In this document: positions 41,621 through 54,729 of the stretch, in pieces | Numbering within the stretch: the stretch's first letter is position 1 | Layout of the letters: each line of letters begins with the position of its first letter | NCBI GenBank assembly: GCA_002269645.1 | Contig: NIVC01003306.1 | Span: 40,868-104,867 of the forward strand | Source of the DNA: Macrostomum lignano | Taxonomy: Eukaryota | DNA length: 64,000 bases | Direction of reading: 5' to 3' | Position numbers and translations under genes: made by a program | Notes under the pieces: model-generated | Told to the model about the DNA's origin: nothing | The model's database searches: none | The model's input: only the letters and a program-made list of their open reading frames with translations

Positions 41621-44600
41621 ACTACTAAACAAAATGAGCAAAAGTGTGCGCCTAATTCAGCTACTGAACCAGTTGACAGATAAGGGGTCACCCATGCTTC
41701 GTCCCGACAGTTAATGCTTCGTCCCGACAGTAAAATTTGGCCATATCCCGACAGTTAATGCTTTTTCCCGACAGTTATATTCGGCCATATCCCGACAGTC
41801 ATTGCTTCGTGCCGACAGTTAATGCTTCGTCCTGACAGTTAAATTCGGCCATATCCCGACAGTTAATGTTTCGTCCCGACAGTAAAATTCGGCCATATCC
41901 CGACAGTTAATGCTTCGTCCCGACAGTAAAATTCGGCCATATCCCGACAGTTAATGCTTTGTCCCGACAGTTATATTCGGCCATATCCCGACAGTTAATG
42001 CTTCGTCCCGAAAGTTAATGCTTTGTCCCGACAGTTAATGCTTCGTCCCGACAGTTAATGCTTTGTCCCGACAGTTAATGCTTGATCCCGACAGTTAAAT
42101 TCGGCCATATCCCGACAGTTAATGCTTCGTCCCGACAGTTAAATTCGGCCATATCCCGACAGTCATTGCTTCGTGCCGACAGTTAATGCTTCGTCCTGAC
42201 AGTTAAATTCGGCCATATCCCGACAGTTAATGCTTCGTCCCGACAGTAAAATTCGGCCATATCCCGACAGTTAATGCTTCGTCCCGACAGTAAAATTCGG
42301 CCATATCCCGACAGTTAATGCTTTGTCCCGACAGTTATATTCGGCCATATCCCGACAGTTAATGCTTCGTCCCGACAGTTAATGCTTTGTCCCGACAGTT
42401 AATGCTTCGTCCCGACAGTTAATGCTTTGTCCCGACAGTTAATGCTTGATCCCGACAGTTAAATTCGGCCATATCCCGACAGTTAATGCTTCGTCCCGAC
42501 AGTTAATGCTTCGTCCCGACAGTTAAATTCGGCCATATCCCTACAGTTAATGCTTCGTCCCGACAGTTAATGCTTTGTCCCGACAGTTAATGCTTCGTCC
42601 CGACAGTTAATGCTTTGTCCCGACAGTTAATGCTTGATCCCGACAGTTAAATTCGGCCATATCCCGACAGTTAATGCTTCGTCCCGACAGTTAAATTCGG
42701 CCATATCCCGACAGTTAATGCTTCGTCCCGACAGTTAATGCTTCGTCCCGACAGTTAAATTCGGCCATATCCCTACAGTTAATGCTTCGTCCCGACAGTT
42801 AATGCTTTGTCCCGACAGTTAATGCTTCGTCCCGACAGTTAATGCTTTGTCCCGACAGTTAATGCTTGATCCCGACAGTTAAATTCGGCCATATCCCGAC
42901 AGTTAATGCTTCGTCCCGACAGTTAAATTCGGCCATATCCCGACAGTTAATGCTTCGTCCCGACAGTTAATGCTTCGTCCCGACAGTTAAATTCGGCCAT
43001 ATCCCTACAGTTAATGCTTCGTCCCGACAGTTAATGCTTTGTCCCGACAGTTAATGCTTCGTCCCGACAGTTAATGCTTCGTCCCGACAGTTAATGCTTC
43101 GTCCCGACAGTTAATGCTTTGTTCCGACAGTTAATGCTTCATCCCGACAGTTAAATTCGGCCATATCCCGACAGTTAATGCTTCGTTCCGACAGTTTATG
43201 CTTTGTCCCGACAGTTAATGCTTCATCCCGACAGTTAAATTCGGCCATATCCCGACAGTTAATGCTTCGTCCCGACAGTTTATGCTTTGTCCCGACAGTT
43301 AATGCTTCGTCCCGACAGTTAAATTCGGCCATATCCGACAGTTAATGCTTCGTCCCGACAGTTAATGCTTCGTCCCGACAGTAAAATTCGGCCATATCCC
43401 GACAGTTAATGCTTCGTCCCGACAGTTTATGCTTCGTCCTGACAGTTAAATTCGGCCATATCCCGACAGTTAATGCTTCGTCCCGACAGTTAATGCTTCG
43501 TCCCGACAGTTAAATTCGGCCATATCCCTACAGTTAATGCTTCGTCCCGACAGTTAATGCTTTGTCCCGACAGTTAATGCTTCGTCCCGACAGTTAATGC
43601 TTTGTCCCGACAGTTAATGCTTGATCCCGACAGTTAAATTCGGCCATATCCCGACAGTTAATGCTTCGTCCCGACAGTTAATGCTTCGTCCCGACAGTTA
43701 AATTCGGCCATATCCCTACAGTTAATGCTTCGTCCCGACAGTTAATGCTTCGTCCCGACAGTTAAATTCGGCCATATCCCGACAGTTAATGCTTTGTCCC
43801 GACAGTTAATGCTTCGTCCCGACAGTTAAATTCGGCCATATCCCGACAGTTAATGCTTCGTCCCGACAGTTAATGCTTCGTCCCGACAGTTAATGCTTCG
43901 TCCCGACAGTAAAATTCGGCCATATCCCGACAGTTAATGCTTCGTCCCGACAGTTAATGCTTCGTCCCGACAGTTAAATTCGGCCATATCCCGACAGTTA
44001 ATGCTTCGTCCCGACAGTTAATGCTTCATCCCGACAGTTAAATTCGGCCATATCCCGACAGTTAATGCTTCGTCCCGACAGTTTATGCTTTGTCCCGACA
44101 GTTAATGCTTCGTCCCGACAGTTAAATTCGGCCATATCCCGACAGTTAATGCTTCGTCCGACAGTTAATGCTTCGTCCCGACAGTTAATGCTTCGTCCCG
44201 ACAGTAAAATTCGGCCATATCCCGACAGTTAATGCTTCGTCCCGACAGTTAATGCTTCGTCCTGACAGTTAAATTAGGCCATATCCCGACAGTTAATGCT
44301 TCGTCCCGACAGTTAATGCTTCGTCCCGACAGTAAAATTCGGCCATATCCCGACAGTTAATGCTTTGTCCCGACAGTTATATTCGGCCATATCCCGACAG
44401 TTAATGCTTCGTCCCGACAGTTAATGCTTCGTCCTGACAGTTAAATTCGGCCATATCCCGACAGTTAATGCTTCGTCCCGACAGTTAATGCTTTGTCCCG
44501 ACAGTTAATGCTTCATCCCGACAGTTAAATACGGCCATATCCCGACAGTTAATGCTTCGTCCCGACAGTTAATGCTTTGTCCCGACAGTTAATGCTTCGT

Positions 44601-45134
44601 CCCGACAGTTAAATTCGGCCATATCCCGACAGTTAATGCTTCGTCCCGACAGTTAATGCTTCGTCCCGACAGTAAAATTCGGCCATATCCCGACAGTTAA
44701 TGCTTCGTCCCGACAGTTAATGCTTCGTCCCGACAGTTTATGCTTTGTCCCGACAGTTAATGCTTCGTCCCGACAGTTAAATTCGGCCATATCCCGACAG
44801 TTAATGCTTCGTCCCGACAGTTAATGCTTCGTCCCGACAGTTAATGCTTCGTCCCGACAGTAAAATTCGGCCATATCCCGACAGTTAATGCTTCGTCCCG
44901 ACAGTTATATTCGGCCATATCCCGACAGTCATTGCTTCGTCCCGACAGTTAATGCTTCGTCCTGACAGTTAAATTCGGCCATATCCCGACAGTTAATGCT
45001 TCGTCCCGACAGTTAATGCTTCGTCCCGACAGTAAAATTCGGCCATATCCCGACAGTTAATGCTTTGTCCCGACAGTTATATTCGGCCATATCCCGACAG
45101 TTAATGATTCGTCCCGACAGTTAATGCTTCGTCC

Positions 45135-45637
45135 TCCAGAGGCGCTGTCCCTCAGCCCTCTCACCAGCTCCGGAAGCTCCTCTTGCGCCTCTCGCGCAGA
45201 GACATCCGGGCTGCCACCATGACCCTCTCTGGTCACGGCTGCTTCTCCAGGCACCAGTACCTGCAGGGCAACGCCACCAACGCCACCTGTAGTTTCTGCA
45301 ACTCAGGTGACGAAACCGCTGAGCATTTCGTCAGCATCTGTCCCGCCTTCACGCGGGCCAGACTCACTTACCTCGGGCCACACACATCTATTACTGAAGC
45401 GTGCAAACCCGAAAACTTTAATCAGCTCATGCGCTACCTTCGGGCCACCCGCAGGGCTGAACTCTCCTTTCCAGAGAGCACCATAGCTGCTGGCGACACT
45501 GGGGGACCTCCCTGGGCGGCGCCAACCCTCCGTCCATAGCGACGCGTCGGCCGTTCAGGGACTAGCGGAATGGGCGCCCGCGCCTTCCCGCTGTGTCCCC
45601 TCCGGGACAGCCCTGCAGCTAAGTCAAGTAAGTCAAG
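45135..45637 (+). mobile_element. 5'-truncated LINE 3' end, copy 1
   Basis: ORF2 C-terminal motif SGHG...CSFC...ETAEHFVSICP (CCHC), (TAAGTCAAG)n tail, and TSD TAATGCTTCGTCC taken from the satellite unit. Confidence 0.88.
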
Positions 45638-48183
45638 TAATGCTTCGTCCCGACAGTTAATGCTTGATCCCGACAGTTAAATTCGGCCATATCCCGACAG
45701 TTAATGCTTCGTCCCGACAGTTAAATTCGGCCATATCCCGACAGTTAATGCTTCGTCCCGACAGTTAATGCTTCGTCCCGACAGTTAATGCTTCGTCCCG
45801 ACAGTTAAATTCGGCCATATCCCTACAGTTAATGCTTCGTCCCGACAGTTAATGCTTTGTCCCGACAGTTAATGCTTCGTCCCGACAGTTAATGCTTTGT
45901 CCCGACAGTTAATGCTTGATCCCGACAGTTAAATTCGGCCATATCCCGACAGTTAATGCTTCGTCCCGACAGTTAAATTCGGCCATATCCCGACAGTTAA
46001 TGCTTCGTCCCGACAGTTAATGCTTCGTCCCGACAGTTAAATTCGGCCATATCCCTACAGTTAATGCTTCGTCCGACAGTTAATGCTTTGTCCCGACAGT
46101 TAATGCTTCGTCCCGACAGTTAATGCTTCGTCCCGACAGTTAATGCTTCGTCCCGACAGTTAATGCTTTGTTCCGACAGTTAATGCTTCATCCCGACAGT
46201 TAAATTCGGCCATATCCCGACAGTTAATGCTTCGTTCCGACAGTTTATGCTTTGTCCCGACAGTTAATGCTTCATCCCGACAGTTAAATTCGGCCATATC
46301 CCGACAGTTAATGCTTCGTCCCGACAGTTTATGCTTTGTCCCGACAGTTAATGCTTCGTCCCGACAGTTAAATTCGGCCATATCCCGACAGTTAATGCTT
46401 CGTCCCGACAGTTAATGCTTCGTCCCGACAGTAAAATTCGGCCATATCCCGACAGTTAATGCTTCGTCCCGACAGTTTATGCTTCGTCCTGACAGTTAAA
46501 TTCGGCCATATCCCGACAGTTAATGCTTCGTCCCGACAGTTAATGCTTCGTCCCGACAGTTAAATTCGGCCATATCCCTACAGTTAATGCTTCGTCCCGA
46601 CAGTTAATGCTTTGTCCCGACAGTTAATGCTTCGTCCCGACAGTTAATGCTTTGTCCCGACAGTTAATGCTTGATCCCGACAGTTAAATTCGGCCATATC
46701 CCGACAGTTAATGCTTCGTCCCGACAGTTAATGCTTCGTCCGACAGTTAAATTCGGCCATATCCCTACAGTTAATGCTTCGTCCCGACAGTTAATGCTTC
46801 GTCCCGACAGTTAAATTCGGCCATATCCCGACAGTTAATGCTTTGTCCCGACAGTTAATGCTTCGTCCCGACAGTTAAATTCGGCCATATCCCGACAGTT
46901 AATGCTTCGTCCGACAGTTAATGCTTCGTCCCGACAGTTAATGCTTCGTCCCGACAGTAAAATTCGGCCATATCCCGACAGTTAATGCTTCGTCCCGACA
47001 GTTAATGCTTCGTCCCGACAGTTAAATTCGGCCATATCCCGACAGTTAATGCTTCGTCCCGACAGTTAATGCTTCATCCCGACAGTTAAATTCGGCCATA
47101 TCCCGACAGTTAATGCTTCGTCCCGACAGTTTATGCTTTGTCCCGACAGTTAATGCTTCGTCCCGACAGTTAAATTCGGCCATATCCCGACAGTTAATGC
47201 TTCGTCCCGACAGTTAATGCTTCGTCCCGACAGTTAATGCTTCGTCCCGACAGTAAAATTCGGCCATATCCCGACAGTTAATGCTTCGTCCCGACAGTTA
47301 ATGCTTCGTCCTGACAGTTAAATTAGGCCATATCCCGACAGTTAATGCTTCGTCCCGACAGTTAATGCTTCGTCCCGACAGTAAAATTCGGCCATATCCC
47401 GACAGTTAATGCTTTGTCCCGACAGTTATATTCGGCCATATCCCGACAGTTAATGCTTCGTCCCGACAGTTAATGCTTCGTCCTGACAGTTAAATTCGGC
47501 CATATCCCGACAGTTAATGCTTCGTCCCGACAGTTAATGCTTTGTCCCGACAGTTAATGCTTCATCCCGACAGTTAAATACGGCCATATCCCGACAGTTA
47601 ATGCTTCGTCCCGACAGTTAATGCTTTGTCCCGACAGTTAATGCTTCGTCCCGACAGTTAAATTCGGCCATATCCCGACAGTTAATGCTTCGTCCCGACA
47701 GTTAATGCTTCGTCCCGACAGTAAAATTCGGCCATATCCCGACAGTTAATGCTTCGTCCCGACAGTTAATGCTTCGTCCCGACAGTTTATGCTTTGTCCC
47801 GACAGTTAATGCTTCGTCCCGACAGTTAAATTCGGCCATATCCCGACAGTTAATGCTTCGTCCCGACAGTTAATGCTTCGTCCCGACAGTTAATGCTTCG
47901 TCCCGACAGTAAAATTCGGCCATATCCCGACAGTTAATGCTTCGTCCCGACAGTTATATTCGGCCATATCCCGACAGTCATTGCTTCGTCCCGACAGTTA
48001 ATGCTTCGTCCTGACAGTTAAATTCGGCCATATCCCGACAGTTAATGCTTCGTCCCGACAGTTAATGCTTCGTCCCGACAGTAAAATTCGGCCATATCCC
48101 GACAGTTAATGCTTTGTCCCGACAGTTATATTCGGCCATATCCCGACAGTTAATGATTCGTCCCGACAGTTAATGCTTCGTCC

Positions 48184-48686
48184 TCCAGAGGCGCTGTCCC
48201 TCAGCCCTCTCACCAGCTCCGGAAGCTCCTCTTGCGCCTCTCGCGCAGAGACATCCGGGCTGCCACCATGACCCTCTCTGGTCACGGCTGCTTCTCCAGG
48301 CACCAGTACCTGCAGGGCAACGCCACCAACGCCACCTGTAGTTTCTGCAACTCAGGTGACGAAACCGCTGAGCATTTCGTCAGCATCTGTCCCGCCTTCA
48401 CGCGGGCCAGACTCACTTACCTCGGGCCACACACATCTATTACTGAAGCGTGCAAACCCGAAAACTTTAATCAGCTCATGCGCTACCTTCGGGCCACCCG
48501 CAGGGCTGAACTCTCCTTTCCAGAGAGCACCATAGCTGCTGGCGACACTGGGGGACCTCCCTGGGCGGCGCCAACCCTCCGTCCATAGCGACGCGTCGGC
48601 CGTTCAGGGACTAGCGGAATGGGCGCCCGCGCCTTCCCGCTGTGTCCCCTCCGGGACAGCCCTGCAGCTAAGTCAAGTAAGTCAAG
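48184..48686 (+). mobile_element. 5'-truncated LINE 3' end, copy 2 (duplicated with the satellite block)
   Basis: Appears identical to 45135-45637, with the same truncation point and TSD, offset by 3049 bp. Confidence 0.88.
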
Positions 48687-51600
48687 TAATGCTTCGTCCC
48701 GACAGTTAATGCTTTGTCCCGACAGTTAATGCTTTGTCCCGACAGTTAATGCTTCGTCCCGACAGTTAATGCTTTGTCCCGACAGTTAATGCTTCGTCCC
48801 GACAGTTAAATTCGGCCATATCCCGACAGTTAATGCTTCGTCCCGACAGTTAATGCTTTGTCCCGACAGTTAATGCTTCATCCCGACAGTTAAATTCGGC
48901 CATATCCCGACAGTTAATGCTTCGTCCCGACAGTTAATGCTTCGTCCCGACAGTTAATGCTTCGTCCCGACAGTTAATGCTTCATCCCGGCAGTTAAATT
49001 CGGCCATATCCCGACAGTTAATGCTTCGTCCCGACAGTTAATACTTTGTCCCGACAGTTAATGCTTTGTCCCGACAGTTAATGCTTCATCCCGGCAGTTA
49101 AATTCGGCCATATCCCGACAGTTAATGCTTCGTCCCGACAGTTTATGCTTTGTCCCGACAGTTAATGCTTCGTCCCGACAGTTAAATTCGGCCATATCCC
49201 GACAGTTAATGCTTCGTCCCGACAGTTTATGCTTTGTCCCGACAGTTAATGCTTCATCCCGACAGTTAAATTCGGCCATATCCCGACAGTTAATGCTTCG
49301 TCCCGACAGTTTATGCTTTGTCCCGACAGTTAATGCTTCGTCCCGACAGTTAAATTCGGCCATATCCCGACAGTTAATGCTTCGTCCCGACAGTTAATGC
49401 TTCGTCCCGACAGTTAAATTCGGCCATATCCCTACAGTTAATGCTTCGTCCCGACAGTTAATGCTTTGTCCCGACAGTTAATGCTTCGTCCCGACAGTTA
49501 AATTCGGCCATATCCCGACAGTTAATGCTTCGTCCCGACAGTTAATGCTTTGTCCCGACAGTAAAATTCGGCCATATCCCTACAGTTAATGCTTCGTCCC
49601 GACAGTTAATGCTTTGTCCCGACAGTTAATGCTTCGTCCCGACAGTTAATGCTTCGTCCCGACAGTTAATGCTTCGTCCCGACAGTTAATGCTTTGTCCC
49701 GACAGTTAATGCTTCATCCCGACAGTTAAATTCGGCCATATCCCGACAGTTAATGCTTCGTCCCGACAGTTTATGCTTTGTCCCGACAGTTAATGCTTCG
49801 TCCCGACAGTTAAATTCGGCCATATCCCGACAGTTAATGCTTCGTCCCGACAGTAAAATTCGGCCATATCCCGACAGTTAATGCTTCGTCCCGACAGTTA
49901 ATGCTTCGTCCCGACAGTTAAATTCGGCCATATCCCTACAGTTAATGCTTCGTCCCGACAGTTAATGCTTTGTCCCGACAGTTAATGCTTCGTCCCGACA
50001 GTTAATGCTTCGTCCCGACAGTTAATGCTTCGTCCCGACAGTTTATGCTTTGTCCCGACAGTTAATGCTTCGTCCCGACAGTAAAATTCGGCCATATCCC
50101 GACAGTTAATGCTTTGTCCCGACAGTTATATTCGGCCATATCCCGACAGTTAATGATTCGTCCCGACAGTTAATGCTTCGTCCTGACAGTTAAATTCGGC
50201 CATATCCCGACAGTTAATGCTTCGTCCCGACAGTTAATGCTTTGTCCCGACAGTTAATGCTTCATCCCGACAGTTAAATACGGCCATATCCCGACAGTTA
50301 ATGCTTCGTCCCGACAGTTAATGCTTTGTCCCGACAGTTAATGCTTCATCCCGACAGTTAAATACGGCCATATCCCGACAGTTAATGCTTCGTCCCGACA
50401 GTTAATGCTTTGTCCCGACAGTTAATGCTTCATCCCGACAGTTAAATTCGGCCATATCCCGACAGTTAATGCTTCGTCCCGACAGTTAATGCTTTGTCCC
50501 GACAGTTAATGCTTCATCCCGACAGTTAAATTCGGCCATATCCCGACAGTTAATGCTTCGTCCCGACAGTTAATGCTTTGTCCCGACAGTTAATGCTTCA
50601 TCCCGACAGTTAAATTCGGCCATATCCCGACAGTTAATGCTTCGTCCCGACAGTTTATGCTTTGTCCCGACAGTTAATGCTTCGTCCCGACAGTAGTTGA
50701 ATTCGGCCTTCTTGCAGCTAATATCTCGTACTGTTAAAACATTTTATTATGTTGCGTTTTATGTTTAACAAGAACTGTTAAAGCTTTATATTTTTCATGC
50801 ACTCTTCTAGACTTCAGCAGTTAATTTGAAGGTGGAGTCATTGAAAAATGTTTTTTTATGGTATATTAGTGTTGAAATTAAAGTCCTCATCAACGATAAG
50901 CTGCATTTTATGATACGTAAATGTGTTCTGAAATAATTGTTTTTTATGAATACGAAATAATAAAAAACAAAACTAATTTGTTTGTAATAGTAATTTTTAG
51001 CAAAAAAATGGAAAATCTAGTTGCTGTAAACTTTGTTTTAGTACACTAAAATATCGGTCGGAATATCGATAGGAATATCGATCGGAATATCGGTCGGTAA
51101 ATGTTATACACGTTGTCTGTCTGAATGTCTGTTGGGAAACCAATACATATTTCAAGGCTACATTTAGTTCAGGCATATGCAAAGCCAAAGCCTCTTGCCT
51201 AGAGCTCAAAGGTATCATCTATTCTATAATAGATGATATTTCTATTAGCTTCGTCTATTAGCTTATAATATAATTATATAGGTCTATTTTATTATTATAC
51301 TTATAATTTATTTTAACTTTAAGTTTAGGTTAGGTTTTTATTTGCTAATATTAATAGTCTTAAGTGTATAATACTAGCTTAAGCTATTTAAATAATATCT
51401 TAGCCCAAGTGTGCCTCATTAGTCAATATATTTTGGGTTCAATATAGTTAGGCTTTATAGTTCATTGCTACTAAGATTTGACTAAATAAGCTGATATGAG
51501 TATGGCCATAGGGCTTAACATAGGGCTTAATATCTATTTGTAATTGTTCTAAGCAATGTTAGGTGCTTTATTTATTATTTGTTACTATAGTGGTAATAAT

Positions 51601-52344
51601 CATTACTTTTGAATTACTTTTTCTATGTCCTATTACCATTACTTATAACTTTTACCCCTAGACTATCATTTCTAATAATGAAATCAAATAAAATACACAG
51701 TACGCAAACATATGTTAAATTAAATAAAAGAATTTTGATATTGAAAAATGCTTGAAAAAACAATAAAAGTGAGGCTTCAATCCATCCTATCTTTGCCCTC
51801 CACTTTTTCCAATCCCTCCTCACCCAACCCAACTCTGCATTGCGTGGTGCAAGTTGCGTCACTCAAAAGTCAATACTGAGCTAGAATTTCTTGCACTCCC
51901 TTAAAGATGGCAACTTTTTAATGTTGTTGAGTATACATCATTTTATTTTAAATGATTAAAGTTTCTAACAGTCATGCAATAGCATGCATAGGTCTTTGAA
52001 TCTATCATAGTCATATGCTCATAGTAGTAGTAGTGTAGTAGTAATAGTAGTAGTATAATCATAAAGATAGAATCTTTTGATGTTATTTTGGTTTTGGTTT
52101 TTGTTTTATATAGACTTGTGGTTGGCCAGGTGATAGATGCTGGTTGAAAGACACTGCTCGCTGGGGCAAAGGGTGGCCACTTTTTAATGTTGCTGAGTAT
52201 AGTTTAACACCAATGTTTTGGATTACTTGATTTTTTAGGTTATCATGAAATTCACAAACATGCAGGCAGACCCTTAAGGTACAGAGAATGTTCATGCAAT
52301 TAGAATCTCAGAGCTGTTATACAACCTATGTGACTGTGTATTGA

Positions 52345-54613
52345 ATGAGTATGAGCCTGCATCATATATCCATGCTTGCATGTGCTCAGGGGTCAGTGCA
52401 ATTGGCGCTTACCCACCCCAGTTCCAAGTCCCACTCCATTTCGCCTTGCCAGCCGGGCCTCACTCCGATCCAGCTGGACCATCGGCGGCCGGCGCAGCCC
52501 TGCCTGTACACCGGCGGTCTGTCGGCCCGGCAGCTGGGCGACCTGGACGACCTGGCCAACTCGATGGTGGTTGACGCCTACCTGGACATCGACAGTCACA
52601 AAATGTCCGACAGATTCCGCAGCTCCCGCCATCTGAGGCGCTACTGGCGCAAAGTGATCGAGCGGTTCTGCTGCGACACCGACTATGACGCCGCCTACCA
52701 CAGCCTGGTGTTCGGGGATCCCATCAGCGGCCAGAAATGCTGCCTGGACGAGGCTGCTCAGCGGGATCCCAACCTCCGGCTGCACCTGTTCCGCTATTTG
52801 CACCTGTTTGACCCCCGTTCCGGGGTGCAGATCCAGCGGTGCGACCGGTGAGTCTAATAAGAGTTGGCCTCAGAATTTGGGATAAAAATCGCAGATTTCC
52901 CATTGGGTATTGATATGGCAGCGGTGTCCAATTGGAAGAACAGAGTGATAGAAAATTTCTAATTATGGGATCATAATGACAGAAATTTCCCAATTTAGGG
53001 GATCAAAGTGACAGAAATCTCCCAAATTTAGGGGACCAAAGTGACAGAAATCTCCCAATTTAGGGGATCAAAGTGACAGAAATCTCCCAAATTTAGGGGA
53101 TCAAAGTGACAGAAATCTCCCAATTTAGGGGATCAAAGTGACAGAAATCTCCCAAATTTAGGGGACCAAAGTGACAGAAATCTCCCAATTTAGGGGATCA
53201 AAGTGACAGAAATCTCCCAAATTTAGGGGATCAAAGTGACAGAAATCTCCCAATTTAGGGGATCAAAGTGACAGAAATCTCCCAAATTTAGGGGACCAAA
53301 GTGACAGAAATCTCCCAATTTAGGGGATCAAAGTGACAGAAATCTCCCAATTTAGGGGATCAAAGTGACAAATTTCAAAATTTAGGGGATCAAAGTGACA
53401 GAAATTTCCCAATTTAGGGGATCAAAGTGACAGAAATCTCCCAAATTTAGGGGATCAAAGTGACAGAAATCTCCCAATTTAGGGGACCAAAGTGACAGAA
53501 ATCTCCCAAATATAAATCTCCCCGCCAGCTACCGCCATGAGCAGGGCATGGGCGCTCGCATCGTGTCCACCCGAGACTGGCAGGCGGGCGAGTCCGTCTC
53601 CATGCTGATTGGCTGCGCGGCCGAGCTCACGCCTGACGAGGAGCTGCACTACCTGCGCCCGGGCGTTAACGATTTCTCAGTGATCTACTCAAGCAGGAGG
53701 CAGCGCTCGCAGCTGTGGCTGGGCCCTGCCGCCTACATCAACCACGACTGCGAGCCCAACGTGGAGCTGGCGCTGCAGCCTGCGACTGGCAGCGGCGCCG
53801 CGTTGCACTTCTACAGAACCATCCGGCCGATCAAGCGGGGCCAGGAGGTGCTGCTATACTATGGACCCGACTTCTTCGGCCCCGGCAACTGTCAGGTGAA
53901 CGAATGGCTGTCCGTGGGATCCAGAGAGATACTGAATTCCCGAAGGAGCTTGACCCATTTTTGAAGGATCTGGAGTGCAGCTTGACCCTCCCCTGAAAGA
54001 TCTGGAGTGCAGCTTGACCCTCCCCTGAAGGATCTGGAGAGCAGCTTGACCCTCCCCTGAAGGATCTGGAGTGCAGCTTGACCCTCCCCTGAAGGATCTG
54101 GAGTGCAGCTTGGCTTGAGAAGTCTCACCCGCTTCCCCCGCCTCCCTGCAGTGCGAGTGCGAAACCTGCGAGCTGCGGGGCAGCGGCGCCTTCGCCCGAA
54201 CAGCCGCGGCTGCCAGCAAGCCGGCACCCCCGTCTGCCTCGCCGCCCCTGGCGCCGACTTGTTCGCCCGCTGCGGTGCTGCCCGTGCCGCCGGCGTCGCT
54301 GCCGCAGTCGGCAGCTCCGGTAGCGAGTCACCAACAGTGCTTAAACGGCAGCGCCACAACCGCTGCTGAAGCGCCGCGCCGGCGCCCGTCCTACTCGCTG
54401 AGGGACACGGCCGTCCGTCTGAGCAGTCGGCGCCGGTTCAATGGCTCCGCCACCCTTGGCGCCGACGATCCGCAGGCGCTGCGAAAGCCGAAGCTGGCCG
54501 CTTCGTCGGCATCCGCAAAAGCGGCTTCGACAGAAAAAGCGGCGTCGTTGGCGGCAGCGGCGCGACACCGGCGGCACCAGGCTCGCGCAATGAAGAACTC
54601 CGGCAGACTTTAA
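52345..54613 (+). CDS. Suv4-20: Histone H4K20 methyltransferase Suv4-20/KMT5B-C family, 3 coding exons, ~443 aa
   Basis: Exons 52345-52847, 53529-53895 and 54152-54613 are GT-AG and in phase (1332 nt). Motifs [19 protein letters not shown]|[36 protein letters not shown] and post-[17 protein letters not shown] follow the Suv4-20 pattern. The start codon is the least certain part. Confidence 0.92.
52975..53515. repeat. Intronic minisatellite, 32-33 bp, ~16 copies
   Basis: AATTTAGGGGATCAAAGTGACAGAAATCTCCC, in Suv4-20 intron 1. Confidence 0.95.
53963..54112. repeat. Intronic minisatellite, 32 bp, ~4.5 copies
   Basis: GAAGGATCTGGAGTGCAGCTTGACCCTCCCCT, in Suv4-20 intron 2. Confidence 0.9.
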
Positions 54614-54729
54614 AATCACAGCAACGGATTGTTTGCATGAAACTCGATGCAGTTATTTGTAATAGGCAGCATAGCAACTGGATTTATTAGGGAATTATTT
54701 CAGTATAAACAAATTTAGAATAGCAAAAA

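Larger units (their letters stand above)
41694..50694. repeat. ~9-kb satellite of interspersed 20-bp and 24-bp units
   Basis: Unit A CCCGACAGTTAATGCTTCGT and unit B CCCGACAGTTAAATTCGGCCATAT share CCCGACAGTTAA. A higher-order 3049-bp duplication is present (43111/46160, 45135/48184). Confidence 0.97.
10850..51148 (+). mobile_element. Giant (40,299 bp) Mutator/Foldback-type DNA transposon, NOF-FB/Rehavkus-like, inactive copy
   Basis: Perfect 29-bp TIR: ATGTATTGGTTTCCCAACAGACATTCAGA at 10850-10878 and its reverse complement at 51120-51148. It is flanked directly by the 9-bp repeat ATTTCAAGG at 10841-10849 and 51149-51157. A second perfect 66-bp inverted pair lies at 16162-16227 and 51048-51113. 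The interval contains a MULE-type DDE transposase gene, and 9-bp TSDs are typical of Mutator. Confidence 0.82.

Noticed and set aside
41694-50694. CRISPR-like array (constant CCCGACAG core with intervening sequence)
   Set aside because: Only two recurring spacer types, no unique spacers, no cas genes, and eukaryotic context. It is a satellite.
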